A DNA stretch of 64,000 nt from a virus: IMG/VR virus record IMGVR_UViG_3300010158_000045, positions 1-64,000 of that record; one strand, given 5' to 3'. Both the position numbers and the translations under genes were made by a program. Under the pieces are notes generated by a model that had not been told where the DNA came from, did no database searches, and saw only the letters and a list, made by a program, of their open reading frames with translations. Positions 50,436 to 58,920 of the stretch are shown piece after piece (position 1 is the first letter of the stretch; each line of letters starts with the position of its first letter).

Positions 50436-51489
50436 GTAAATCCTTTGTTTGTTTACGTATGGCAGGTATCCTTGTAGAATAATTGTCCATGTGTTCTATT
50501 ATTGCACGGCATAAATCTGGTCTGTAAACTGTGTATGTGTCATAATCGTTGGTCCATACGCTGGGATATTTGAATGTGTCGTAATACATTTCAGTATAAC
50601 TTAAACGATCCGGAACCATGGGAATAGCATCAACTACCGCACCTTCATAGCAACTAATACCGAGTGTCTCTTGTAAATTTGCACTAAACACCATTTTAGC
50701 TTCACCTAACAAATTATGATATTCATTTTTTGTTAGCTGTTGATCCTGACATACTACAAATTCGTACTGTGGTAAATGATGTGCTAGATCTCTAAAGATT
50801 TCAACTTGCTTTTCTGGAGCAATACGATGCGGAAAAAGAATAAGGTCACGTTTAGGCATGCCTTTATACATGGCCAGGGTATCATGCATATATTCCATTG
50901 GCCAACCAGTTCGTACAATCTTAGAATATTCTCCGCTTAGTATTTCGGAAAGTTCTTCTTCGTACCAAGGATTTTCAGCAGTAGAACCATTGTTTAATAA
51001 TTCTCTGTTGAATAATTCAATATGAAAATCTGTAGCAAAGTAGTTGTGATCAAATGCAGAGAAAAAACTCTTTTCTGCATTACGTACCCAGGGCTTGTTG
51101 CCAACCAGTCGACCTAAAAAGTCTTGTGGGTCATAACTGCCGGCATGCCATAGTCCGTGTGTTGTTACTGGAATGCCTAGTAGCTCACTCATGTACTTTA
51201 AGTTTATAATGCCCGGATGCCAAGCGTCAGTAAAAATAAAGTGGTCGCCGGGATGAACGGATCCGCTACAAAATAACCGACCCATTTGTTCAACTTGAGC
51301 AGACTTGTATATATTGGTGCCACCAAAATTAAGAAAAGCACCAGGAGTAGTGGCTGTAGGAATATCCGTAGGGCCAGAGATAATTTGAACATTGTGTCCT
51401 GCCTTTCGTAAGAGTGCAGGTACATGAGCCTTCCACTGGCCCGTGTACCTTGTTTCAACAGCTTCTAGATCAACTAAGAATACGTTCAT
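50389..51489 (-). CDS. GT-B fold glycosyltransferase (GT4-like)
   Basis: LFPHRIAPEKQ and ETLGISCYEG (E-x-x-G-x4-E nucleotide-sugar motif); WHAG. Confidence 0.85.
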   Translation of the reverse strand: MNVFLVDLEAVETRYTGQWKAHVPALLRKAGHNVQIISGPTDIPTATTPGAFLNFGGTNIYKSAQVEQMGRLFCSGSVHPGDHFIFTDAWHPGIINLKYMSELLGIPVTTHGLWHAGSYDPQDFLGRLVGNKPWVRNAEKSFFSAFDHNYFATDFHIELFNRELLNNGSTAENPWYEEELSEILSGEYSKIVRTGWPMEYMHDTLAMYKGMPKRDLILFPHRIAPEKQVEIFRDLAHHLPQYEFVVCQDQQLTKNEYHNLLGEAKMVFSANLQETLGISCYEGAVVDAIPMVPDRLSYTEMYYDTFKYPSVWTNDYDTYTVYRPDLCRAIIEHMDNYSTRIPAIRKQTKDLHDNFFSANNLLAQLN

Positions 51490-51740
51490 TGTTGATAACG
51501 ATTATTTCCACTGCGGTTGTATTCCCCGCGAGGTTTGCGATCGCCTACAAAAGGCTTCTTAGGACGATTACGTTTTTCGTAATTACGCCATGCCCAACTT
51601 TCTCTGTTGTAGAGGTCCGCTTCGTTAAACGGAAACATTTCCAACCTACAATAATCCAAATAAGATTCTAAATCGTCAAAGATTTTAACGACGTCTGGGC
51701 GGTTTTCGAAATATGCGTAATCTTTGTAATTCTTAGCCAT
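51486..51740 (-). CDS. Hypothetical protein
   Basis: 84-aa ORF with AAGGA RBS, between the T-fold and GT genes. Confidence 0.7.
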   Translation of the reverse strand: MAKNYKDYAYFENRPDVVKIFDDLESYLDYCRLEMFPFNEADLYNRESWAWRNYEKRNRPKKPFVGDRKPRGEYNRSGNNRYQQ

Positions 51741-51751
51741 TATAGCTTTCC

Positions 51752-52147
51752 TTAATATTTAATAAACGAACCATTTTCTCCGTCTTCGGAGACTTCAATC
51801 CAAACCTCTCGGTTGGGATACTTTAGTGCGATGATGGTATGTAAATCATCTGACATCATCTCACAACTCTTGTAGTCAAGGCTTAGAACGGCACCTTGAC
51901 CATTATACAGCGACTCGAGCCATCGTTTGAACTGGATAAACTCGATGTCCCTGTCATTGTGTTGCACACTGATCCACACCCTGAAATGAAAGATATGACG
52001 GTGAGGATTAGCAAGAAACGACACATCATATTCATCTCCTGTTGCTAGGTTAGGATCTGTTGCCGCCGCTGGGTAGCAATGAATACCTTCCTTGCGCAAG
52101 GTAACCCAGATCATTTTGTTAGGTCTAATGTCTTGTTTAATAATCAT
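51752..52147 (-). CDS. QueD-like T-fold protein with LxxxHRHxF motif (DpdL-like, putative CDG decarboxylase)
   Basis: EGIH, LANPHRHIF, DIEFIQFK, SCE and VSEDGE line up with QueD's AAH, HGH, DF..LK, TAE and V.ET, but the QueD CxxxHGH is absent. From my recall of the literature, LxxxHRHxF is the DpdL signature. Confidence 0.75.
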   Translation of the reverse strand: MIIKQDIRPNKMIWVTLRKEGIHCYPAAATDPNLATGDEYDVSFLANPHRHIFHFRVWISVQHNDRDIEFIQFKRWLESLYNGQGAVLSLDYKSCEMMSDDLHTIIALKYPNREVWIEVSEDGENGSFIKY

Positions 52148-52148
52148 A

Positions 52149-52805
52149 TTATACTTTCTTTAAGCGTTGTAGTGGGTAATCGGGAACAAACAAACCGTCT
52201 ATAAAAAATACTAAAGTCAATCTTCCTGTATCTTCAATACCGTGATAGTCGTCTGCCGCATGGTACAAATGACTATCAAACATTACTAATCTATTGAATT
52301 TATTTTTAACTGTAATAGATTTAGTAAACTGATCGTTGTTTTCTTTTCTAAATTTTTCAAACGCATCTGCCGAATCGGGATCCATGAAAGACTGCATTTT
52401 TTCTTTGTGATTTAACAGTTCAGTTGCTTCCTTGTTAGATTCCCAAATAGTAGTTCCACTATCTAAATCAGACTCTGGATCAAGATAGATAATACCTGTA
52501 ATCTTATCTAGATCTTTATGTACCCAACCTTGATTATAGCGTCTATCTACCATTTGGAATCCAGCAGTAGCATGCCATTTTACTTCGGTGTGTGTATGAT
52601 GAAAATCGTAAAACACACTTAATGATCGCATAATAATGTGGTTAAGTAGTGCAGGATCGATATCGTTAAGCAATGCTGTACGCTTACCAGGCCACAGGTT
52701 ATGTGGATCTGTTTTAAATTCCTGCTGTAATGCAAATTCTCTAACCTTCATAGGGTTATCAAAGAAGTCATCCACAACTGTAGTTGGAATAATATAATTC
52801 TTCAT
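52149..52805 (-). CDS. 2OG-Fe(II) oxygenase superfamily protein
   Basis: VVDDFFDNP N-terminus, HxD (WVHKD), GIIYL, GT, distal H (LYHAA), R (RLTLVFF). ATG 52805 is coupled to the upstream stop. Confidence 0.8.
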   Translation of the reverse strand: MKNYIIPTTVVDDFFDNPMKVREFALQQEFKTDPHNLWPGKRTALLNDIDPALLNHIIMRSLSVFYDFHHTHTEVKWHATAGFQMVDRRYNQGWVHKDLDKITGIIYLDPESDLDSGTTIWESNKEATELLNHKEKMQSFMDPDSADAFEKFRKENNDQFTKSITVKNKFNRLVMFDSHLYHAADDYHGIEDTGRLTLVFFIDGLFVPDYPLQRLKKV

Positions 52806-53320
52806 GCAATAACAGTGTCTTGTGTATACTGATCCCAATGAGTATACTTGTCTTTACTCATCAAGCTCTGTAAGTGATGTGTCCACACACCTGGATTTGT
52901 AGCACCCCAAGTGCGGTCGTCCAGTTTAAGAGTGGCATTGTAGTTGAGTTGATTAATGTAAGGTAGTTTAACACTGATCATGGGAACAAATCGAGGATAC
53001 TCATTATAAGCAGACTCTAACACACCCTCAATATGTTCAACACCAAAGTCTAAACTAACCCAATAGTCTTTCTTCAAGCATTCTAGGATAACATCATCCC
53101 ACGGTCTGTATTCTGCTTGTGATATTGCCTTAGGGTTAAAACTTTGACTAGTGCCAAAATAGATATGTTTTACTTTGCTTTCTTCAGCTTTTGTAAGAAT
53201 TTCTTTTATAGGTGGTGTACCTACAACAAACAATGTAAACATGCCATGACACACAGTATGTTCAACTTCATACCCTGTAAAGTAAACGACGCCTTGTCGT
53301 TCTTCAGTGTTTAGTCCCAT
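52802..53320 (-). CDS. Hypothetical protein in the modification locus
   Basis: 172-aa alpha/beta ORF (GYEVEHT, TLFVVG, HIYFG, NPGVW) overlapping both neighbours. Confidence 0.7.
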   Translation of the reverse strand: MGLNTEERQGVVYFTGYEVEHTVCHGMFTLFVVGTPPIKEILTKAEESKVKHIYFGTSQSFNPKAISQAEYRPWDDVILECLKKDYWVSLDFGVEHIEGVLESAYNEYPRFVPMISVKLPYINQLNYNATLKLDDRTWGATNPGVWTHHLQSLMSKDKYTHWDQYTQDTVIA

Positions 53321-54216
53321 TTGATATAACCTCTGCTGTAACCACACGGACGATTAACGCCGTCCGCAAACGCTTGTTGCCATTCAGTGTTACGATTATA
53401 ACACCGGGTCCAAAAACTATCAACCTCTAGATAGCCTTTTTCAATCCAATACTTGGCAAAATGCATACAATCAATAAATTGAGGATTTCGGGGACTAGGT
53501 TTAATAGTAGTAACGGCTTTCCAAAGTTGTGACTGGGCTTCTGATTTACTAACTGCTTTGCCTACTCCGTCTATAATCAACGCATTGTTATTTAGATTTA
53601 TTTCTGTGCCTAGTTCGTATTTTCCAGTAAGGTCTACAACAACATCGTAACTTTCGCTGGTACCTAACAATAATTTATCGCCCCAAAGTTCTTGATTATT
53701 TGAACCTAGCACATCCACATGATAGATATAACCGTTTAGACGCATGGTATGATAGGCAACCCACGCAAGAAATCCACTGCCAATAATTAACATTCTTGTA
53801 TTGTCGTTTTTGCCTTGTCGCGACTCCAATTGATCTTTGGCCTGATTGATAAGATTAATGCCGCAAGCAACGGGTTCTAATATATACTTGGGATCAGCTT
53901 CTGGTATTTCTACATATTCATCCATGCGCACATTGTAATAGTCTGCATAAGCAGGCTCTCCACGTGTTGCTACATAGTCTCCAACTCGAGTTGTTACTAC
54001 ATTTGATCCAACTTTAGTTACTCGGCCAATACCTTCATGGCCTTGCATGTGTAGAGGTAACGGGCCAAAGTCTCCCAACATCATATCAATGTCACTGCGA
54101 CATACACCGGTCATAACTGCCTTGACTTCTATTTCGTAGGATGTTGGTTCGGGTTTATCAAACTCCACTTCTTCAAAGTGGCCTTGACCTGTTGTTTGTA
54201 AACATTTAACTTTCAT
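53311..54216 (-). CDS. Zn-dependent medium-chain dehydrogenase (sugar/polyol type)
   Basis: GVCRSD and GHEGIG catalytic Zn ligands, EPVAC, IIGSG NAD-binding motif; no structural-Zn Cys4 loop. Confidence 0.88.
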   Translation of the reverse strand: MKVKCLQTTGQGHFEEVEFDKPEPTSYEIEVKAVMTGVCRSDIDMMLGDFGPLPLHMQGHEGIGRVTKVGSNVVTTRVGDYVATRGEPAYADYYNVRMDEYVEIPEADPKYILEPVACGINLINQAKDQLESRQGKNDNTRMLIIGSGFLAWVAYHTMRLNGYIYHVDVLGSNNQELWGDKLLLGTSESYDVVVDLTGKYELGTEINLNNNALIIDGVGKAVSKSEAQSQLWKAVTTIKPSPRNPQFIDCMHFAKYWIEKGYLEVDSFWTRCYNRNTEWQQAFADGVNRPCGYSRGYIKWD

Positions 54217-55097
54217 AAAGTTTCTATTTTCTCATGTATCCATGTATCTATATCAAATTGATCTAACCAGAATTGATAATTATCTATGTTATCGATAGCA
54301 TCTTTAATCATATTTAGGTATGCTTCTTCCGGACACCATCCTAATTCAAATCGTTCTATCTTGTTATCCGGCATTACAAACTCAATAGAGCTATCTTCTT
54401 CGTCCATACTACGCCAATTAGCTGTACAACGCCATTTACTGCCAAAGTTAATAACACACATATCATCGACATTGTATGTACCTTGTGGATTTACCACTCC
54501 GTAATCAGTACTGTCAATGTCTTTTAACTCCCAACACTGCATAGCAGTTTTACCGCTAACAGTATCTGCTCTCCATTGAGAGTTCATAGCTACATACAAA
54601 CTTAACAAATGGGGCATTAAGTCTCGACTAACTCCGCCAAACGCTAATTTCTTAGTAGTAAACCAACTGCCAGGACTGGGAATACAATTTTTACGTATCC
54701 AACGGATCTTAACTGTTTTAGCTCGATGGGCTAACTCTTTTAACTCAGCAATATTGCTACGCCACATATTATTTTTAACCATAATAAAGCGTGTTTGCGT
54801 AAACGTAGTTATTAGTTTTTGCCAAGTAGCACTGGTAGCAACGCCTGGTTTTTCAATAAAAACAATTTTACTAATAGGCGCAAGTTTTGCCGCAATTTCA
54901 AAATGCGTAAAATTTGGAGTACAAATATGCACAGTATCGAATCTACCATGTACTACAATAGCAGTATCAATGCTGATAAAATCTGCACCTTTACTGCTGT
55001 CATGATCGACGGTGACTACTTCATGTCCAAGTTTAGTTAAGACAGATTTGTATAACTGTCCAATACCCATGCCAATAATAAGGCTACGCTTGCTCAT
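54213..55097 (-). CDS. Gfo/Idh/MocA-family oxidoreductase
   Basis: IIGMG.G, ICTPNFTH, VFIEKP, GG...DL.PH. Confidence 0.88.
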   Translation of the reverse strand: MSKRSLIIGMGIGQLYKSVLTKLGHEVVTVDHDSSKGADFISIDTAIVVHGRFDTVHICTPNFTHFEIAAKLAPISKIVFIEKPGVATSATWQKLITTFTQTRFIMVKNNMWRSNIAELKELAHRAKTVKIRWIRKNCIPSPGSWFTTKKLAFGGVSRDLMPHLLSLYVAMNSQWRADTVSGKTAMQCWELKDIDSTDYGVVNPQGTYNVDDMCVINFGSKWRCTANWRSMDEEDSSIEFVMPDNKIERFELGWCPEEAYLNMIKDAIDNIDNYQFWLDQFDIDTWIHEKIETL

Positions 55098-55329
55098 TTT
55101 TCTTTTCCTCGTAGGCTCTAAACATTCGAGTTACTTCTTCCATTTGTTTTTGAAACACTTCGGGAGCACCTATTGCCGCAATTTGCATATCATATTCGCT
55201 GGGATAATGTCGTAAACAGCGTCTAGCACTATCTTTAATTGCTTTAGGCACTCGAGGAGTAGTTAAGATCTCTAGTAAAAATCTTTGAGTCTGTACTACT
55301 GCTCGATATCTTTCATCAGGTAATGTCAT
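55084..55329 (-). CDS. Small protein (BPSL0761-like)
   Basis: MTLPDERYRAV...FL...PRVP......A...LRHYP pattern; family name is from memory. Confidence 0.6.
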   Translation of the reverse strand: MTLPDERYRAVVQTQRFLLEILTTPRVPKAIKDSARRCLRHYPSEYDMQIAAIGAPEVFQKQMEEVTRMFRAYEEKKNEQA

Positions 55330-57022
55330 GTACACTTGCCTCTAATGCGTCAAGTTTATCAATAGCCGATTCGTCAAAATCAACTTCTTCATCTGATTGT
55401 ACACTATCTTCGTCCACTTCGTCAAACAATACGGAGAACATTTTACCAGCATTTACCGTTTTCTTACCAGTTGCGCCACGTGTTCCAGGAATAGCTTGCC
55501 AAAATTTATCAAATCCGTCAATGATTGCTTCTGCCGTTGCTCTATCTGGAGCACTAAAAATGGCATCTACTACATCTTTAAAGTAAACTCTTTCAAATTT
55601 TTCATCGACAAGCATAGCAGGACATAAGCCGGCGTCGTATTGACGATTGGCTTCTTGTACACTATTCAAATGTAACCATACATTATGACCCATCATAATA
55701 GCATAGGTGAAGCTATCCCAACTTGTCTTGCCTTCTTTACCTATCTTATTTAGGTCTCCAGGGCCGTATATACAAATATCTTTTACTTCTACACCATCCA
55801 TTAATGGACTTGTAGTAAAAGAAGTAAAATGTTTGTCTTGTACTACTACATCTTGGAAGAGTCGTGTGTCTTTGCTGTATTTTTTGTTGTCAAGACTTGG
55901 CAACATGCGATAGAGCCATTTTTGTCTGTCTTCGATTTCTGTTTGGACATAGATCTGTCCGTTTGCTGTTGCCAGAAACGGTGAGGCGCAGTCAAAAGAT
56001 ATGGTAAAGTTTTCATTATGATATTTCCTTATAGCTCGTTGTATGTCAGTTAATAACAATGCCCACTCTAACTTAGAGGTGCCCAGGAAGTGCATCCAAT
56101 CTTGATGACCTTTTTCAAGAAGACCGTCAAATTTCAATGCCACTAATCTACGTAATACCAAATCTACGTCACACATATTTTGTCCACCCATAGCCCAGCC
56201 ATTAAATGCCTTATCGCCATAGATGTTGGGATCGCAAAAGTCTTTCATTTGTTGATACCAATCTTCTGCTTGTCCGTGATTTTCGCCTTGCAATACATTT
56301 AAAAACTTACAAGCACCTGTACGATGTTTAATAAAGTATTCATTATTGTATTTTGTAGCGTTTACAGCTTGTTGATATGAACTAATACCAGTAGCCGCTT
56401 TTCCAACAGGGCTACGTTCAACCCACGCTGGAATATCAAGTACCATGCCGTAATCCATAAGTGCATCCATCCAAGTTAACACTTGTTCACGTTTCTTCTG
56501 CGCCGCATCTAACAGTGCTTGATAGTTTTTAACATGATCAATTTTAGTATACTTAGGATTTCCGTTTTTATCTAACTTAGGATCGCCAGTTGGATGTAAT
56601 TGAGGTACAAGTTCAACTCCTTTAGCCTGCACTTCTTTCCATTTGGCCGCAACTTCAGGGCCGGTAGGATCACGCCATTCTCCTGCCCATACGCCTTTAC
56701 CAATTTGGAATCCACCTGAATCTCCTAGGACCCAACTTGTTGAACGATCTCTGTTGCGGAACATGTCTTCGCTAGGATCTGGTTTGGTCAAATCTAAATT
56801 AGCATGTCCTGCTGAGTATAAACAATGGTCAAAGTAAAATGCCGCATTAGGATTTAAGTAATTCATTGCTTCAATACCCAATGGCCCAAAACTCTTAGGG
56901 ATACGTGCAGGGTCAACATAGTTACTATAACGTTGTTTACCTATATAAGTGCTATAAAATCCTGACGTTGCCGGCAGGAAATACGCATAGTCCGATTGAG
57001 TTGCTGTTAGATTTCTATTCAT
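55316..57022 (-). CDS. TGT-fold base-exchange transglycosylase (DpdA-like)
   Basis: DSGGFQ, MVLD, LNVLQG, GWAMGG, HFLG, ISFDCASP and HN map in order onto TGT motifs. No CxCxxC Zn site. Lies near folE, queE and the T-fold gene. Confidence 0.85.
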   Translation of the reverse strand: MNRNLTATQSDYAYFLPATSGFYSTYIGKQRYSNYVDPARIPKSFGPLGIEAMNYLNPNAAFYFDHCLYSAGHANLDLTKPDPSEDMFRNRDRSTSWVLGDSGGFQIGKGVWAGEWRDPTGPEVAAKWKEVQAKGVELVPQLHPTGDPKLDKNGNPKYTKIDHVKNYQALLDAAQKKREQVLTWMDALMDYGMVLDIPAWVERSPVGKAATGISSYQQAVNATKYNNEYFIKHRTGACKFLNVLQGENHGQAEDWYQQMKDFCDPNIYGDKAFNGWAMGGQNMCDVDLVLRRLVALKFDGLLEKGHQDWMHFLGTSKLEWALLLTDIQRAIRKYHNENFTISFDCASPFLATANGQIYVQTEIEDRQKWLYRMLPSLDNKKYSKDTRLFQDVVVQDKHFTSFTTSPLMDGVEVKDICIYGPGDLNKIGKEGKTSWDSFTYAIMMGHNVWLHLNSVQEANRQYDAGLCPAMLVDEKFERVYFKDVVDAIFSAPDRATAEAIIDGFDKFWQAIPGTRGATGKKTVNAGKMFSVLFDEVDEDSVQSDEEVDFDESAIDKLDALEASVHDIT

Positions 57023-57373
57023 TTAGATCCAGTGTTGTGCTAGTACCATTAGACTTAACCAAGCCCACATAGTATTAAAGCCTACTAGTGTTGGCAATGC
57101 TTTTTTACGGCTTGCCCAAATAAGTGTTACGCTGGTTAGTAATGTTAGATAATATAGTTCCCAGATTTGAATACCAAATATTAAACCTGGAATAATGATG
57201 ATGGCTTTGGCCAACCAACTGACAAATTCTACAGTATTGTATCCTGTCCAATACTCTTTGGTAAACCACATCATATAGCAGTCACGCATATTTGCCCAGC
57301 CGCTATGGCTATAACTAATTGCCATTAGTACTAGCCATACACCTACTGCCAATAGAATTTGATCTGTAGTCAT
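57023..57373 (-). CDS. Small multi-pass membrane protein
   Basis: About four Trp-rich hydrophobic segments. ATG 57373 follows the clamp stop, and its own stop abuts the DpdA-like ATG. Confidence 0.65.
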   Translation of the reverse strand: MTTDQILLAVGVWLVLMAISYSHSGWANMRDCYMMWFTKEYWTGYNTVEFVSWLAKAIIIIPGLIFGIQIWELYYLTLLTSVTLIWASRKKALPTLVGFNTMWAWLSLMVLAQHWI

Positions 57374-57374
57374 A

Positions 57375-58106
57375 TTATTTGCTCTGTGCCGGTAAAATAT
57401 ATTCGTATTCTGCAATACCGCTGTCTACTGTAATTTGTAGTGCGCCTTGGTCACTAATACGCATTGTTTTGTCGCCAGTTAGATTAAGAATACTCATAAC
57501 TTGTACAACGGGCCAAGACCATGCTTGTTTTAATTTGCCATCCACACCTGCTTGGAACGTAAATGATCCAGCGTGTGTGCTTGCATCTCCGAAACTAAAC
57601 ACTAGATTGTTGTTGTCTGTTCGAACTTGGAATGTTTGTTCTTCAGTGTGAGCACTTGCTTGGAACTTTAGCTTTTGAATACTAGCCATAGTCGGAGCAA
57701 ATTCTATGTTCCATGTTGCACCTTTGAACTTAACCGTCTTAAGTTTGTCATTGATGACTTCTGTGTTCATGAAACGATAGTCGTTTTCGAAGTCGCCAGG
57801 CCCGTTTTGAAAATGCAATCCTGTTGGAATTGTTTCTCCATTGCGTTCTTGCTTGACCACTTTAATGGTAAAGTTTTCTTTGTATTCTGGACACTTTAAA
57901 TGGATGTCTAGTTTATTTAGGTTAGGCATACCAAATACGCCTTCTAAGTCGTCGATTGCTTCTTTGGTCTTTGCATTAAGGATAACGCTACGATCTTCAG
58001 CCATTGATTCGATAACTGTTTCTTTATCAGTTGCACTAATTTTAATTAGTGGCAAAAATCCTAGGCTGTGTGTATGTGCTACTAGGTCTTGTAAAAAGTC
58101 TTTCAT
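57375..58106 (-). CDS. DNA polymerase sliding clamp (gp45/PCNA-like)
   Basis: 243-aa two-domain alpha/beta pattern, IS..G.L.I....G..EY.LP C-terminus, close to the polymerase gene. Confidence 0.7.
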   Translation of the reverse strand: MKDFLQDLVAHTHSLGFLPLIKISATDKETVIESMAEDRSVILNAKTKEAIDDLEGVFGMPNLNKLDIHLKCPEYKENFTIKVVKQERNGETIPTGLHFQNGPGDFENDYRFMNTEVINDKLKTVKFKGATWNIEFAPTMASIQKLKFQASAHTEEQTFQVRTDNNNLVFSFGDASTHAGSFTFQAGVDGKLKQAWSWPVVQVMSILNLTGDKTMRISDQGALQITVDSGIAEYEYILPAQSK

Positions 58107-58126
58107 ATGATTCTCCGTATTGTGTT

Positions 58127-58154
58127 ATTATATAGGTTTTTGTGACTATGTCAA
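58127..58154 (-). promoter_or_regulatory. Sigma70-type promoter for the clamp-DpdA operon
   Basis: TTGACA, 16 nt, TATAAT; GGAG RBS before ATG 58106. Confidence 0.7.
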
Positions 58155-58919
58155 ATGTTTTCTTATCGTTTTATTATATTCTACTGCCGCATCGAGTATG
58201 GTCAAAGGTTGTTGGGCCTTATTTGCATATTCGAGTAACGCATTAGTATCCTTGGGGAAACAAGCACCCCCAAATCCTCTGTCTCCGTCGAAGCCAACAA
58301 CAGTATGACTATTACCGATACGAGAATCGTGAGCAATAATTTGCCTTACTAAATTGTAGTCAGCGCCACTAACCTTGCATAGATCATATAACTGATTAAA
58401 AAATGCTACTTTAGTGGCTAGGAAACTGTTAATACTGTATTTGACCAACGATGCTTCAGTCACACTACAGTAAAAATACAATTTACAATCAGGAAGTACT
58501 GATGTAAATAATTCTTGCCAAAATCCTTCTGGATCTTCTCCACCTAGTACCATGTACTTTTGATTGGCAAAATCCTCCACTGAGCTAACAGCCCGTAAAA
58601 ATTCTGGATTGTAGCAAATACTGTGATTTTCAAATGCTGATTGTATTGCAAACAATTGATCCGGCACTATTGTAGATTTAATCAGTACTGGCATGAATAC
58701 AGGAACTGATTTTAATACAGCATAGACTTGACTGTCATCACATGCATGTTGCTCTGTTTGGGGAGTACCCACACAGACAATAATACCATCAGCATCTGAA
58801 TGATCAGCAATCGACTCGTTGCCATATTTTGGATCAACAATAACTAACTCATGTTGTTTTTCTAGTGTACTTGCCACTGCTTTGCCTACAAAGCCATATC
58901 CTGCGATTATAATTTTCAT
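58146..58919 (-). CDS. UDP-glucose/GDP-mannose 6-dehydrogenase family, lacking the C-terminal domain
   Basis: GYGFVG, VCVGTP, IKST, YNPEFL, KY..N.FLA.KV.F.N, D.RIG and catalytic GFGGACFPKD. Confidence 0.9.
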   Translation of the reverse strand: MKIIIAGYGFVGKAVASTLEKQHELVIVDPKYGNESIADHSDADGIIVCVGTPQTEQHACDDSQVYAVLKSVPVFMPVLIKSTIVPDQLFAIQSAFENHSICYNPEFLRAVSSVEDFANQKYMVLGGEDPEGFWQELFTSVLPDCKLYFYCSVTEASLVKYSINSFLATKVAFFNQLYDLCKVSGADYNLVRQIIAHDSRIGNSHTVVGFDGDRGFGGACFPKDTNALLEYANKAQQPLTILDAAVEYNKTIRKHLT

Positions 58920-58920
58920 A

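Noticed and set aside
51752-52147. Calling this gene canonical queD
   Set aside because: It lacks the CxxxHGH signature, so it is left without a gene symbol.
55316-57022. Ordinary tRNA-guanine transglycosylase for queuosine synthesis
   Set aside because: No Zn-binding CxCxxC, no queC/queF/queA nearby, and a replisome context, so a DNA-acting enzyme is more likely. A tRNA target is not formally excluded.
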